Shown one piece after another: positions 29,446 to 38,709 of a stretch of DNA of 64,000 bases (positions are counted from its first letter, which is position 1; each line of letters starts with the position of its first letter). This DNA is from a bacterium (GTDB lineage: Bacteria > Zhuqueibacterota > Zhuqueibacteria > Oceanimicrobiales > Oceanimicrobiaceae): NCBI GenBank assembly GCA_037446635.1, contig JBBIIG010000009.1, positions 18,294 to 82,293 on the forward strand, given 5' to 3'. Both the position numbers and the translations under genes were made by a program. Under the pieces are notes generated by a model. The model searched no databases. It worked only from the letters and a program-made list of their open reading frames with translations, and was not told the DNA's origin.

Positions 29446-29525
29446 AAGTCAATTGATTATTGTCTATTGATTATTGATTAATAGTTCGTCGCGCGCAAAG
29501 CATTAGCCAATAATCAATCGCGAAG

Positions 29526-29613
29526 CGGAGAGGGAGGGATTTGAACCCCCGGTGGCACAAGGCCACAACGGTTTTCGAGACCGCCCCGTTCAACCAGGCT
29601 CCGGCACCTCTCC
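29526..29613 (-). tRNA. tRNA-Ser(CGA)
   Basis: GGAGAGG acceptor, loop CTCGAAA, long variable arm. Confidence 0.93.
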
Positions 29614-29615
29614 GG

Positions 29616-29698
29616 AATTATCAATTGTTAAGGGTGAACTGTGAATTGTGAATCGTAAATTGACAATTAACAATTCAGCATTCACAATTCACCATTCA
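29616..29698. repeat. Heptamer-periodic inverted repeat between tRNAs
   Basis: GTGAATTGTGAAT ... ATTCACAATTCAC; related tracts at 29450-29518 and 30270-30320. Confidence 0.7.
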
Positions 29699-29701
29699 AA
29701 G

Positions 29702-29791
29702 CGGAGAGACAGGGATTCGAACCCTGGGAGGAGCTTGTGACCCCTCACACGATTTCCAGTCGTGCACCTTCGGCCTCTCGGTCATCTCTCC
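29702..29791 (-). tRNA. tRNA-Ser(GGA)
   Basis: GGAGAGA acceptor, loop CTGGAAA, long variable arm. Confidence 0.93.
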
Positions 29792-30276
29792 AGGCGATCC
29801 TGCTCGCGCAACCTCTGAAAGAACGATTGCAGAATCCCCAGACATTTATCCTCTAAAATCCCATTGGTTACGGTGATGGTCGAAAGCAGTCTCGGGTTCT
29901 GCAAAATGTTGATGGCGCTTCCGCACGCGCCCATACGCGCATCGCTAACGCCGTACACCAAATTCGGGATGCGCGCTAAATAAATCGCGCCCGCGCACAT
30001 GGGGCACGGCTCTTTGGTAACGTAGAGCGCCACGTCTTCGAGCCGCCAAGATTTCAAATAATCTGCCGCAGCGGTAATGGCAACGATCTCGGCATGGGCA
30101 GTGGGATCCTGAAGGGTCTCCACCATATTGTGCCCTCTGCCAATCACGCGATCGCGATACACTATCACCGCGCCAACGGGAACCTCCTTCATCGCAAATG
30201 CTTTCTCGGCCTCGCGGAATGCCTGCTGCATCCACGTTTCGTGCGGCGTCAATTGGAAGTTCCCAGAATTTGTCAA
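29782..30276 (-). CDS. tadA: tRNA adenosine(34) deaminase
   Basis: EVPVGAV, DPTAHAE, EPCPMCAGA; exact start uncertain (TTG). Confidence 0.95.
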   Translation of the reverse strand: MTNSGNFQLTPHETWMQQAFREAEKAFAMKEVPVGAVIVYRDRVIGRGHNMVETLQDPTAHAEIVAITAAADYLKSWRLEDVALYVTKEPCPMCAGAIYLARIPNLVYGVSDARMGACGSAINILQNPRLLSTITVTNGILEDKCLGILQSFFQRLREQDRLER

Positions 30277-30325
30277 TTGTCAGTTGTCAATTATCAATTA
30301 TCAATTGACAATTATCAATGATTTG

Positions 30326-30399
30326 TACGCCCGGAAGGACTTGAACCCTCAACCTCTTGGTCCGTAGCCAAGCGCTCTATCCAGTTGAGCTACGGGCGC
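30326..30399 (-). tRNA. tRNA-Arg(ACG)
   Basis: GCGCCCG acceptor, loop CTACGGA. Confidence 0.93.
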
Positions 30400-30497
30400 A
30401 GATTTTTCAACATTTGAGAAAAGTTCTTTCTCGAAAGTACCTCTGGTGTTCCGAGTTTGTTCTACACATAACGAAGCACTTTCGAATTCTGAACCGG

Positions 30498-30570
30498 TAG
30501 CGCATACGGGAGTCGAACCCGTGTTACCGACGTGAGAGGCCGGCGTCCTAGGCCACTAGACGAATGCGCC
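30498..30570 (-). tRNA. tRNA-Glu(CTC)
   Basis: GGCGCAT acceptor, loop CTCTCAC. Confidence 0.93.
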
Positions 30571-30590
30571 GCTTCTAAAAATGCGGCAAA

Positions 30591-30619
30591 AATATACCCA
30601 ATTCGATTTTTAAAATCAA
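30591..30619 (-). promoter_or_regulatory. Sigma70-type promoter of the tRNA/tadA/ffs cluster
   Basis: TTGATT-17-TATATT just upstream of tRNA-Glu. Confidence 0.6.
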
Positions 30620-30638
30620 GGCTTATTTCTTGAAAACT

Positions 30639-30793
30639 CGAATATCGAAATTTGAAATGCGAAACAAACCCGAAATACAAATCCTTAATTGACAAAACGG
30701 GCTGGCAATACCAATCCCAATCGAGCTTCTGACAAATCATAATGTTTTTGAATTTTGTCTCTTGAATTTGTTTCGAATTTTGGATTTCAAAAT
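30639..30793. repeat. CGAAACAAA...TTTGTTTCG degenerate inverted-repeat element
   Basis: GAAATTTGAAATGCGAAACAAA vs TTTGTTTCGAATTTTGGATTTC; left-arm-like copy at 6110-6170. Confidence 0.55.
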
Positions 30794-30794
30794 C

Positions 30795-31472
30795 TTATGG
30801 CGCCACCTTCGGCCACTCCTCCTTCCGCCAGCCCATCTCAAAAAACAACAACTCGAAGCGCGCGCTGGTTTCATACAATTTCGACCAGTGCGCTTTTTCT
30901 TTTTCCGCAGCGCCGGCGGCCAACTCGTCCATTTTGTTTTTAAGCCAATTGGCCCAGTTGCCGAATTCCTCAGAGGCGTAGGTCTCAATCCAATCGCGAT
31001 AGTGCTGTGGCTGCGGTAGTCCTTTTGCTTTCAAGCTCTGTCCAATAAAAGCGTAGCCCCAGGCGCAGGGCAGCAGCACCGCAACGATGCCGGCCAGCGG
31101 CTCTTCGTAGCAAGTCTTCACCAGAAAACTGGTATAAGACAGGGTCGTCAGCGCCGGCGCGGTTTTTTCCAACTCCTCGGCGCGAATGCCGAAGCCGTCG
31201 CAAATGCGGCGGTGCAAATCCATTTCGGTGTTAAGGGTCAAATCCAGCAGTTTGGCAAAGTAACTCATGTCGCTCAGCTCACGGGCCTTGGCCGAAGCCA
31301 GGGCAAACACCCGGCTGAACTCCACCAAATAAACGTAATCCTGTTTCAGATAGAATTCGAATTTGTCGCGCGCCAGAGTGCCGTCGCCAATGCCGGCAAC
31401 AAACGGATGCCGCAGCATGGCCCGCCAAAGCGCATCGCACGCGGATTGCAAATCGTCGGAAAAAGCCGCCAT
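30795..31472 (-). CDS. tenA: Thiaminase II
   Basis: HPFV.GI.DGTL, YLKQDYVYL, LLPCAWGY, WIETY, E..FFEM. Confidence 0.93.
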   Translation of the reverse strand: MAAFSDDLQSACDALWRAMLRHPFVAGIGDGTLARDKFEFYLKQDYVYLVEFSRVFALASAKARELSDMSYFAKLLDLTLNTEMDLHRRICDGFGIRAEELEKTAPALTTLSYTSFLVKTCYEEPLAGIVAVLLPCAWGYAFIGQSLKAKGLPQPQHYRDWIETYASEEFGNWANWLKNKMDELAAGAAEKEKAHWSKLYETSARFELLFFEMGWRKEEWPKVAP

Positions 31473-31550
31473 AAAATTCTCCCAATTTCAATCTTTCGAT
31501 AAACCTTTTGCTGAAAAATGCCGATTTATGTTCAGATAAAAAGGTGGTGC

Positions 31551-31916
31551 ATGAATTCCCTAAAAGTCCTGATTGTTGATGACGACGCGCCGTTTGTGGA
31601 ATTGCTGAAATTAGCGGTGCGCAATTTTAATTTCCAGCTCGATGTCGCCAAAGACGGCCCCAGCGCCATCGCGCTGCTGAATAAAAAACGATACGACCTG
31701 GTGATCAGCGACTATCGCCTGCCGGGAATGGACGGCCTGAATCTCGTCCGCATCGCGCGCAACCACAATCCCGAATGCTGGATCATGTTGGTGAGCGCCG
31801 CCCACGCGGACATGATCAGCAAAGAGATTAAAAATCTGGCGCGCTTCACCTTCATTCAAAAACCGCTCTCTCCCTGGCAGATTCGACAAGCCGTCAAGAA
31901 TGTCTTGAATGAATAA
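31551..31916 (+). CDS. Single-domain response regulator
   Basis: VLIVDDD, YDLVISDYRLPGMDG, KP. Confidence 0.9.
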   Translation: MNSLKVLIVDDDAPFVELLKLAVRNFNFQLDVAKDGPSAIALLNKKRYDLVISDYRLPGMDGLNLVRIARNHNPECWIMLVSAAHADMISKEIKNLARFTFIQKPLSPWQIRQAVKNVLNE

Positions 31917-32540
31917 TCATTCTTCCACCACTTCGGCGTTCGCAATTTTTCCTAAAATTTTGCCGCCGTCGCCGAGATAGACTCGAACGTTCAGGTTTTC
32001 ATCTTCGACGATAAAATCTCCCTCTACCGTGGAGTGGATGATTCTAACGATGACTTGGTCGCGGCTGCCTCCCCGACTGCGACCCTTGATCACCACGTCC
32101 CCTTTGACTGTGCTGGCGTTTTCCAAAGTGATGTCGCCATTGATGGTTTTGACGTCGCGCTGCACCACCGCGCCATCGAGACGAATTCTGCCGTTGATGG
32201 ATTGCACGCTGCCCTCCACCTCCGTTCCCGCGCCGCAAAAAAGGTTGCCGTTGACGGTTTCCACGTCGCCGTTCACCACCACATTCTCGTACAGGTCAAT
32301 GCTGCCGTTGACGCTTTGCAAATCCTCGACGCGCGAGCCCGGCCCAATTTCAATGCGGCCATTCACGGTGCGGCTGCTGCCCAACAAAGTACAATCTCTG
32401 CCGACGATGATGCCGCCGTTCACGGAATTGATGCCGCCGCGGCGGGTTTCGCCATCTTCCACATAAATCGTTTTATTGACGCCGACGTCGCACGCGGCGG
32501 ACAGCAGTAAAGTTAAAAATAAACCCAATCTCGCTTTCAC
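31917..32540 (-). CDS. Lipoprotein with (S/T)VNG.I beta-repeats (DUF4097-like)
   Basis: LSAAC lipobox; about six ~17-19 aa repeats. Confidence 0.75.
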   Translation of the reverse strand: MKARLGLFLTLLLSAACDVGVNKTIYVEDGETRRGGINSVNGGIIVGRDCTLLGSSRTVNGRIEIGPGSRVEDLQSVNGSIDLYENVVVNGDVETVNGNLFCGAGTEVEGSVQSINGRIRLDGAVVQRDVKTINGDITLENASTVKGDVVIKGRSRGGSRDQVIVRIIHSTVEGDFIVEDENLNVRVYLGDGGKILGKIANAEVVEE

Positions 32541-32780
32541 AGCCTCACTCTCCTCTCATTTGAATAAAAAATTGAACGCCGAAGGTCACCGAAATAAACT
32601 GAATAATTCATGAATCCGCCTGTTATTCAGAAGGAAACTTTTCCGCGAAGCGGATCCGCAATCGCCGACAAGTGGGCTTTCCGATTAGCAGAAATCCAGG
32701 TAACCCAATAAAAAGACTCCTCCTGAGTGACATGATCACTCTTGAGAATCAACTCGGCGCTTTTCGGTGTGATTCGCTGT

Positions 32781-34634
32781 TTAGTCATTTAGCCTTTCCG
32801 CAAATTCCTTTGCGCGGCGTTCGAATTCTTCGGTGGCGCTGGCCAGCTCGCCGTAAAGTTTTTCCACGTGTGTTTTGAGCTCGCGATCCTGCTTCGCCAG
32901 CGCCGCGATGGCCGCGCCGTCGCCTTTGGTTGATGCCGCGATGAGCAATTCATTGATGCGGTGGCGCTCGTTCTCACCATCCGCAATAGCGGCTTCCAAT
33001 TCCAAAACTTTTTTTTGCAAAGGAGAAAGCGTCTGGGATCTTTGTTGAATGATTTCCGCGCGGGCTTTGCGCAGCGCTTTTTTATCCGGCTGATTATTTT
33101 TGGGAATGTTGAGCTTGCCATCCTCGGGTTGGGCCGTGAGCTTCGGCTCGTTTTCCCAGCCAATGTCTTTGAGAAAATCCGGGTAGCTGCCTTCATACAC
33201 CATCAAGCGATCCCGGTCGAAGACAATCAGGCGTTCCGCCAGCGCATTCAGAAACATCTCGTTGTGAGTTACCAGCACCACCGCGCCGTCGAAAGAATCC
33301 AGCGCCGCCAGCAGCGAATCGCACGATTCTAAATCGAGGTGGTTGCTGGGTTCGTCCAACAGCAGCAGGCTGCAGGGCGCCGCCAGAATTTTTCCTAACA
33401 GCACCCGGCTGCGCTCGCCGCCGGAAAGCACGGCGATTTTTTTCAGCGCTTCGTCGCCGGAAAACATCATGGCGCCGGCGATGTCGCGCGCCCGCTGCTG
33501 GCTGCAGTTGGGATCGGCAGACATGATTTCTTCTTCGAGGGTTTTGTTGAGGTCCAGCTCCGCCGCGTTGGTCTGGCCAAAATAGCCGGCGCGCGTCATG
33601 GCGTGGGCGCGCAACTGCCCGCTCAGCGGCTGCAGCCGCTGAGCCAAAATTTTCAGCAACGTCGATTTGCCTTTGCCGTTTTTGCCGACAATGCAGATGC
33701 GATCGTTTTTGCCAATGGTAAACTTCATCCCCTCAAAAAGTTTGGGAAGCGCCGGATCATAACCAAAGGCGACGTCATCCACCTCCATCAAAATTTTGGC
33801 GGGAAACGGCGCAGGGGTGAATTCAAACTCGATGCTTTTGATCTTGTGCAACTTTTCCCGCTTCTCGGTTTTGGCTAAAGTCTTGATCCGCGATTGCACT
33901 AAGTTCGCCAGCCGCGCTTTGGCGCGAAACCGGCGGATAAAAATCTCGATCTCCTTGCGCCGCTTCTCATCGTTGATGCGGGTTTTTTCGTAAATCTCCT
34001 CTTCCTGCAAAATTTGATTGTAATATTTTTCCGTGCCGCCGGCAATTTTTCGCACCCGCTGCCGGTGAATGCCCATCGTGTGGGTAATCACGCTGTCCAT
34101 GAAACTGCGATCGTGAGTGATGAGCATCAGCTCGCGCGGCCAACTCTGCAAATATTTGATGAGCCAGCGAATGGAAACGATGTCGAGATAGTTGGTGGGC
34201 TCGTCGAGCAAAAGCAGATCGGGATCGGAAACCAGCACTTTCGCGAGATTGAGCCGCACCTGAAAGCCGCCGGAAAATTCCGCCGGCGGACGCGCCATAT
34301 CTTCTTTGGTGAATCCTAACCCGAAAAGAATGCTCTCGGCGCGCCAGCGATCGTGTTCCTGATCTTCGGGTAATCCTAAACACGCTTCATCCAGCACGGT
34401 TGGTTGGGTGAAATGAATGTGCTGCTCGAGGTGCCCAATGCGATAATTTTTAGGAATGGCGATGATGCCGGAATCCGGCTCCTCGCGCTTGAGCAGCAGC
34501 CGAAAGAGGGTGGTTTTGCCGTGGCCGTTTCGCCCCACCAGCCCGATGCGCTCTTTGAGATTGATGTTAAAACTGACGTCATCGAAGAGGGTCTGGCTGC
34601 CGTAGGATTTGCAGAGGTTGGCGACTTTGATCAT
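32781..34634 (-). CDS. ABC-F family ATPase
   Basis: Two ABC domains (GRNGHGKT, GKNGKGKS, SGG, LLLDEP), no TM, coiled-coil tail. Confidence 0.95.
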   Translation of the reverse strand: MIKVANLCKSYGSQTLFDDVSFNINLKERIGLVGRNGHGKTTLFRLLLKREEPDSGIIAIPKNYRIGHLEQHIHFTQPTVLDEACLGLPEDQEHDRWRAESILFGLGFTKEDMARPPAEFSGGFQVRLNLAKVLVSDPDLLLLDEPTNYLDIVSIRWLIKYLQSWPRELMLITHDRSFMDSVITHTMGIHRQRVRKIAGGTEKYYNQILQEEEIYEKTRINDEKRRKEIEIFIRRFRAKARLANLVQSRIKTLAKTEKREKLHKIKSIEFEFTPAPFPAKILMEVDDVAFGYDPALPKLFEGMKFTIGKNDRICIVGKNGKGKSTLLKILAQRLQPLSGQLRAHAMTRAGYFGQTNAAELDLNKTLEEEIMSADPNCSQQRARDIAGAMMFSGDEALKKIAVLSGGERSRVLLGKILAAPCSLLLLDEPSNHLDLESCDSLLAALDSFDGAVVLVTHNEMFLNALAERLIVFDRDRLMVYEGSYPDFLKDIGWENEPKLTAQPEDGKLNIPKNNQPDKKALRKARAEIIQQRSQTLSPLQKKVLELEAAIADGENERHRINELLIAASTKGDGAAIAALAKQDRELKTHVEKLYGELASATEEFERRAKEFAERLND

Positions 34635-34697
34635 GTCAGCAAATATAGCAGAATTTGAAGAAAGATCAAGGGAGGCGCCGGCGCTCCTTCCCTTCGA

Positions 34698-35297
34698 TCA
34701 AACCGCCCGCAGCCGCGGAAGCTGTTGATGCACGCCGCTCAGAAAATGGTGGGTGATGCGCGCCGTGAGGCCCCACAAGTTGGCGACGCTGGAATTGCGC
34801 GGACGGTAATTAAAATTCAAATACATAAAATCATGATAATTTCCGAAGTCGATCTCCGGACGAAATTGTGAGAGCAGATGCGCCAGCGGAATCTCCACCA
34901 CTTCGGCGACTTCCCATGAGTTGATTTTGTAGTTTATCGGTTCGGAGGACCACACCGCGTGCGCCGCGGCGTCAAACCTCGAGGTGATGGTCTCGAATAA
35001 ACCGAGATCGCCGAGATAGGTCAGCGCGCTGGCATCGATTCCAATTTCTTCCCACGTTTCTCGAAACGCCGCCGCGCGACTGGATTGATCTTCAGTATCG
35101 ATCTTCCCGCCCGGAAAAGCGATGTGCCCGCTGTGGACGCTCATGCCTTTTGTGCGCCGAATGTAAACCAAATAGGTGGCGTTATCGCGCTCAAAAAAAA
35201 TGAGCAGCACCGCCGCGGGCGTGTGAGATGAAAGGGCGTGCTGGCGTTTGGGCAAAGCCGCGATAATCTGTTTAATCTCCTCGGGCGTCAGTCGCAT
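34698..35297 (-). CDS. Nudix CoA pyrophosphatase (NudL/Pcd1-like)
   Basis: AAVL, HSGHIAFPGG, AFRETWEEIG, LWGLTA. Confidence 0.9.
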   Translation of the reverse strand: MRLTPEEIKQIIAALPKRQHALSSHTPAAVLLIFFERDNATYLVYIRRTKGMSVHSGHIAFPGGKIDTEDQSSRAAAFRETWEEIGIDASALTYLGDLGLFETITSRFDAAAHAVWSSEPINYKINSWEVAEVVEIPLAHLLSQFRPEIDFGNYHDFMYLNFNYRPRNSSVANLWGLTARITHHFLSGVHQQLPRLRAV

Positions 35298-35411
35298 GGT
35301 GAAATCTAAAATCTGGAGAAATCAAAATCAAGTTCTTGCTTTTGATTCAAAATTCGATAAATTAGCCAGTCGTTAAAAAGGATTTTGTGATTAATTCAAA
35401 GGAGGACTAAG

Positions 35412-36236
35412 ATGAAGCTGAGCATTCAAGACAAATGGCTGATTGGAATTTTATGCTGCTTGATGGCCATCTTCCCCAACTGCGGTAAAAGCCCGAACGA
35501 GCCCAGCACGCCCCCGAAAATTCCACCGGCCGGCACGATGTTCGTGGACCTGTCATTTTTTAGAACCAACCCCAGCAGCCAGCCCATGCAACCCGATGCA
35601 GCGCTCTCCAAATTAAATTTCTTTGCCGCGCTGACTGTGGTGACCGCCTTCAACGCGGCGGTGCTCATTGGGCTTTCGGTTCCAGCAGCGGCCACCGCTG
35701 CAGCGCTGAGCGTCGAACCCACGTTTGAGTCCGACGGCAAATTCCACTGGAACTTTTCTTACCCCGAAGACAACCCGATTCTCACGCTCGAGCTCACTGC
35801 GGAAGTGCGGCTGGCAACGGTTAAGTGGGAGATGTTTGTGACCAGTCCAACCCACACGCCGCCGCTTAGCGATTTTCTCTGGTACGACGGCGAAAGCGAT
35901 CTCGACGGCGAAACCGGCTACTGGCAATTTTATGACGACCAGCAGCCGGCGCAAAACGTCGAAACCGTGCTCATCGATTGGCAGTTCATCGCCGACGACG
36001 ACCGCACCCTGACCTTTACCAACGTGAAAGTCGGCAACCCGCGCTTTGGCGACCGGCTTCGGTATCAAATCGCCGGCGAAGACGTCAGCATGTTATTCAC
36101 GGAAGCCGCCACCGGCGATACGGTGCAGGTGGCGTGGAACATGGCCACCGGCGAAGGATTCATCATCGCCCCCAACTACAGAAACGGCCAGAAATCGTGT
36201 TGGAATTCAACGCAAGACGACATCGATTGCCCGTGA
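35412..36236 (+). CDS. Hypothetical lipoprotein
   Basis: GGAGG SD, IFPNC lipobox, beta-rich body with C-terminal Cys pair. Confidence 0.8.
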   Translation: MKLSIQDKWLIGILCCLMAIFPNCGKSPNEPSTPPKIPPAGTMFVDLSFFRTNPSSQPMQPDAALSKLNFFAALTVVTAFNAAVLIGLSVPAAATAAALSVEPTFESDGKFHWNFSYPEDNPILTLELTAEVRLATVKWEMFVTSPTHTPPLSDFLWYDGESDLDGETGYWQFYDDQQPAQNVETVLIDWQFIADDDRTLTFTNVKVGNPRFGDRLRYQIAGEDVSMLFTEAATGDTVQVAWNMATGEGFIIAPNYRNGQKSCWNSTQDDIDCP

Positions 36237-36290
36237 TTTTTCTTCGTGAATTTCGTGTGCTTTGTGGTAAAAAAATCTAACTCTCAACAG

Positions 36291-36327
36291 AAAAGCCCGC
36301 GACCGAAGCCGCGGGCTTTTTATCTGA
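36291..36327. terminator. Bidirectional terminator, copy 1 of direct repeat
   Basis: AAAAGCCCGCG-ACCGAAGC-CGCGGGCTTTT TATCTGA. Confidence 0.85.
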
Positions 36328-36348
36328 TGGGCATAAAATTTTCTTAAG

Positions 36349-36762
36349 CTAAGAACCTGCCTGTCGGACGAACCCGACAAATTGTTTTACCTCATCCAAT
36401 TTTTTGAGCATGATTTCACAAATGTCTTCATAAACGACTTTCTCGTAATCGTGCGCAAGAAAGTTGCGGAAGCCGGCAATGCGCGCGAAATCATAAGCAA
36501 ATTCTTGTGGAAGAATTTTATTCTCGCCCAGAATATCGATGGCTTCGGAGTAACTTTGCGGCGACCGCAGGCTTTTATGTTTGATAACCATCTCAGCCAG
36601 CGCGACGCAGGAATCCGCCACCATGTAAAGGTAATAGAGAACCGCGCCGCGATACACGTTGTCGGTTTTCATGCGCTCGACACAGTTGTCTTTCAAGCCT
36701 TCGAGTGTACCAATGTACTCGAGAATTCTGGCTATCTTGGCTTGCATGGCTTCTGAGCTCAT
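36349..36762 (-). CDS. hepT: HepT-like (DUF86) HEPN ribonuclease toxin
   Basis: P.SYSEAI..L, GFRNFLAHDY (RxxxxH-Y). Confidence 0.9.
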   Translation of the reverse strand: MSSEAMQAKIARILEYIGTLEGLKDNCVERMKTDNVYRGAVLYYLYMVADSCVALAEMVIKHKSLRSPQSYSEAIDILGENKILPQEFAYDFARIAGFRNFLAHDYEKVVYEDICEIMLKKLDEVKQFVGFVRQAGS

Positions 36763-36763
36763 C

Positions 36764-37144
36764 CTACACACCCATATATAGTTTTCGCTGGTATTGAAAA
36801 TCAAATAGCCGGTGGCGGGCAGAGACCTCGATCAGCGCGCGCTGGTCTGGGTCGTTATCCACTAACACGACACCGTGATCAAATATCGCGTTGAGAAGAA
36901 AAAGATTTTCCAGACGATCCAGAAACGTCACGTCCAAATTCTCCAACTTCGTTTTCTTCCCCAACCGCTGAATGATGCCAAGCCGGTCATCCGCGCTAAG
37001 TTGTTTGGTAGGATAGACGGCGATATCCACGTCACTCAATGCCGTGGGGTTGCCGGCAGCATGAGAACCAAACAAATAGGCAAACAGAATACTCTCCTCT
37101 GACGCCAACGCCTGTTTAAGTGAATTTAGATCGAGATTCTTCAT
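36764..37144 (-). CDS. mntA: MntA-like adenylyltransferase antitoxin
   Basis: FAYLFGSHA.G...SDVDIAV, upstream of hepT. Confidence 0.9.
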   Translation of the reverse strand: MKNLDLNSLKQALASEESILFAYLFGSHAAGNPTALSDVDIAVYPTKQLSADDRLGIIQRLGKKTKLENLDVTFLDRLENLFLLNAIFDHGVVLVDNDPDQRALIEVSARHRLFDFQYQRKLYMGV

Positions 37145-37232
37145 GATGTCCAAATGTAGAAAATCCTATTGAATTGTCAAGAGATTAGACTACCGACTTT
37201 CTGCGAGATGGCGAACGCAAGTGAAAGAACCA

Positions 37233-37270
37233 AAAAGCCCGCGACCCGAAGCCGCGGGCTTTTTATCTGA
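37233..37270. terminator. Bidirectional terminator, copy 2 of direct repeat
   Basis: AAAAGCCCGCG-ACCCGAAGC-CGCGGGCTTTT TATCTGA. Confidence 0.85.
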
Positions 37271-37289
37271 GAGGTGTGTTGGAAGATAA

Positions 37290-38057
37290 CTACGAGCTAA
37301 TGAGTTTGAACTGCACCGGAATCGAAACCCAGACGCGAATTTTGCGGTCCCGTTGTTTGGCGGGCTCCCACTTCACTTTCTGCAGCGCGCTGATCGCCGA
37401 TTCCTCGAACCCCATATTCTCCGGCTTAGCGCGCAGCACCTCCACTTTCTCGGCTACACCCGACACGCTCACCAGCACTTTCAAAAACACGATGCCCTCC
37501 ACGCCGGCGGCCTGAGCCAGCCGCGGATACTTCAAATGTTTTTGCAGCTCGGCCATCCCGCCGATGATTTGCGGCGGCTCGTCGTAGGCCACAAAAATCG
37601 GCAGATCGTCTTCATCCGGCGGGGGAGGCGGCGGTGGAATTTGCGTCAAATCAATTTCCGTGGAGGCGATGGTCAAGTCCTCTGGAACGGTCTCGGATTC
37701 CGTGGGCACCGGGATCGACGGCCGCGGCGGCGGGGCGGCCTGTTTGATTTGATGAGTGGGGGGAATATCGGCCACTTCGATTTTGATTTCCGGCTGCGTT
37801 ACCGCTGCCGACGAAACCGAAATTTGTTTGGCGACTTGAAAGGCGATGATGAGCAAAAACAACGTCGCCGCAAAAGAAATTTCAAATACCCGGCGATTCT
37901 GGCGTTTGAGATCTGCGTGCCGCGCTTTTCCTCGGACTAACTGCTGGGTATCGACCAATTGCGAAAAGAATTTTCTGGTATCGGCATTGAGCTGGCTTTC
38001 GCTGCTGGGAACCGCCGCCAACGAAGGCCGGAATCCACGATGGTTGCTCCGTAACAT
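37290..38057 (-). CDS. tonB: Energy transducer TonB
   Basis: Single TM, Pro-rich linker, YPRLA..AGVEG.V, WEPAKQ..VWVSIPVQF. Confidence 0.9.
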   Translation of the reverse strand: MLRSNHRGFRPSLAAVPSSESQLNADTRKFFSQLVDTQQLVRGKARHADLKRQNRRVFEISFAATLFLLIIAFQVAKQISVSSAAVTQPEIKIEVADIPPTHQIKQAAPPPRPSIPVPTESETVPEDLTIASTEIDLTQIPPPPPPPDEDDLPIFVAYDEPPQIIGGMAELQKHLKYPRLAQAAGVEGIVFLKVLVSVSGVAEKVEVLRAKPENMGFEESAISALQKVKWEPAKQRDRKIRVWVSIPVQFKLISS

Positions 38058-38175
38058 GATCTACTCCTATTTTCTTTGAATTAAAACTAAGATGGCGATT
38101 TAATAGGTGAAGGTACGGCAGGAAAGTCGCGCGGGTTTCAGAGTAACTTCTATCTGAAAAAATGACTGAAAAATA

Positions 38176-38209
38176 AAACCCTGACAGGGTTTCGAACGCT
38201 GTCAAAGTT
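38176..38209. repeat. AACCCTGACAGGGTTT-type palindromic element
   Basis: AAACCCTGACAGGGTTT CGAACGCTGTCA. Confidence 0.5.
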
Positions 38210-38373
38210 GAATGATTTATTTATTACGAATAGAACATTTTTCTTGCAGATTTCGTTTTTTTTTTTTTATTTTTGCCCAGTTCTTTTTATGGCCTCAGAC
38301 TGGTTCTTTGAATGAGTCTCCCAAAATTTAGTGTAACATGCATGGGGAGACGTACGATCGTTAGAATTTATCG

Positions 38374-38420
38374 AAACCCAGGTCAAGCATCGACCATGCT
38401 TGTGCTTGGGTTTTTTGTTT
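38374..38420 (+). terminator. Terminator-like hairpin inside the long leader
   Basis: AAACCCAG..CAAGCAT-CGACC-ATGCTTG..TTGGGTTT followed by T-run. Confidence 0.6.
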
Positions 38421-38709
38421 TATAAAACGAATTTTATTGTTGTTCGAGGTTTTTCAATAAAAAAAACGAGGCTACTGTCTCGTTGGAAGCTAAACAGTAG
38501 CCCCGCATTAGGTGCTAACCCCGATGATTCAGGGTTAACACGAGAAAAATATTGAAAAACCTCTCCATTGTCAAGGATTAATTTGGCATGGCCGCCCAAA
38601 GCGGCCAAGGAGAGGTAGGCGTGTACTTTCGGTGGGATCATCCTCCGTAGCTGACATTCAATGACGAATGCTGTTTAAATCCTGAATCTCAAACTTGGAG
38701 GATGCTAAA

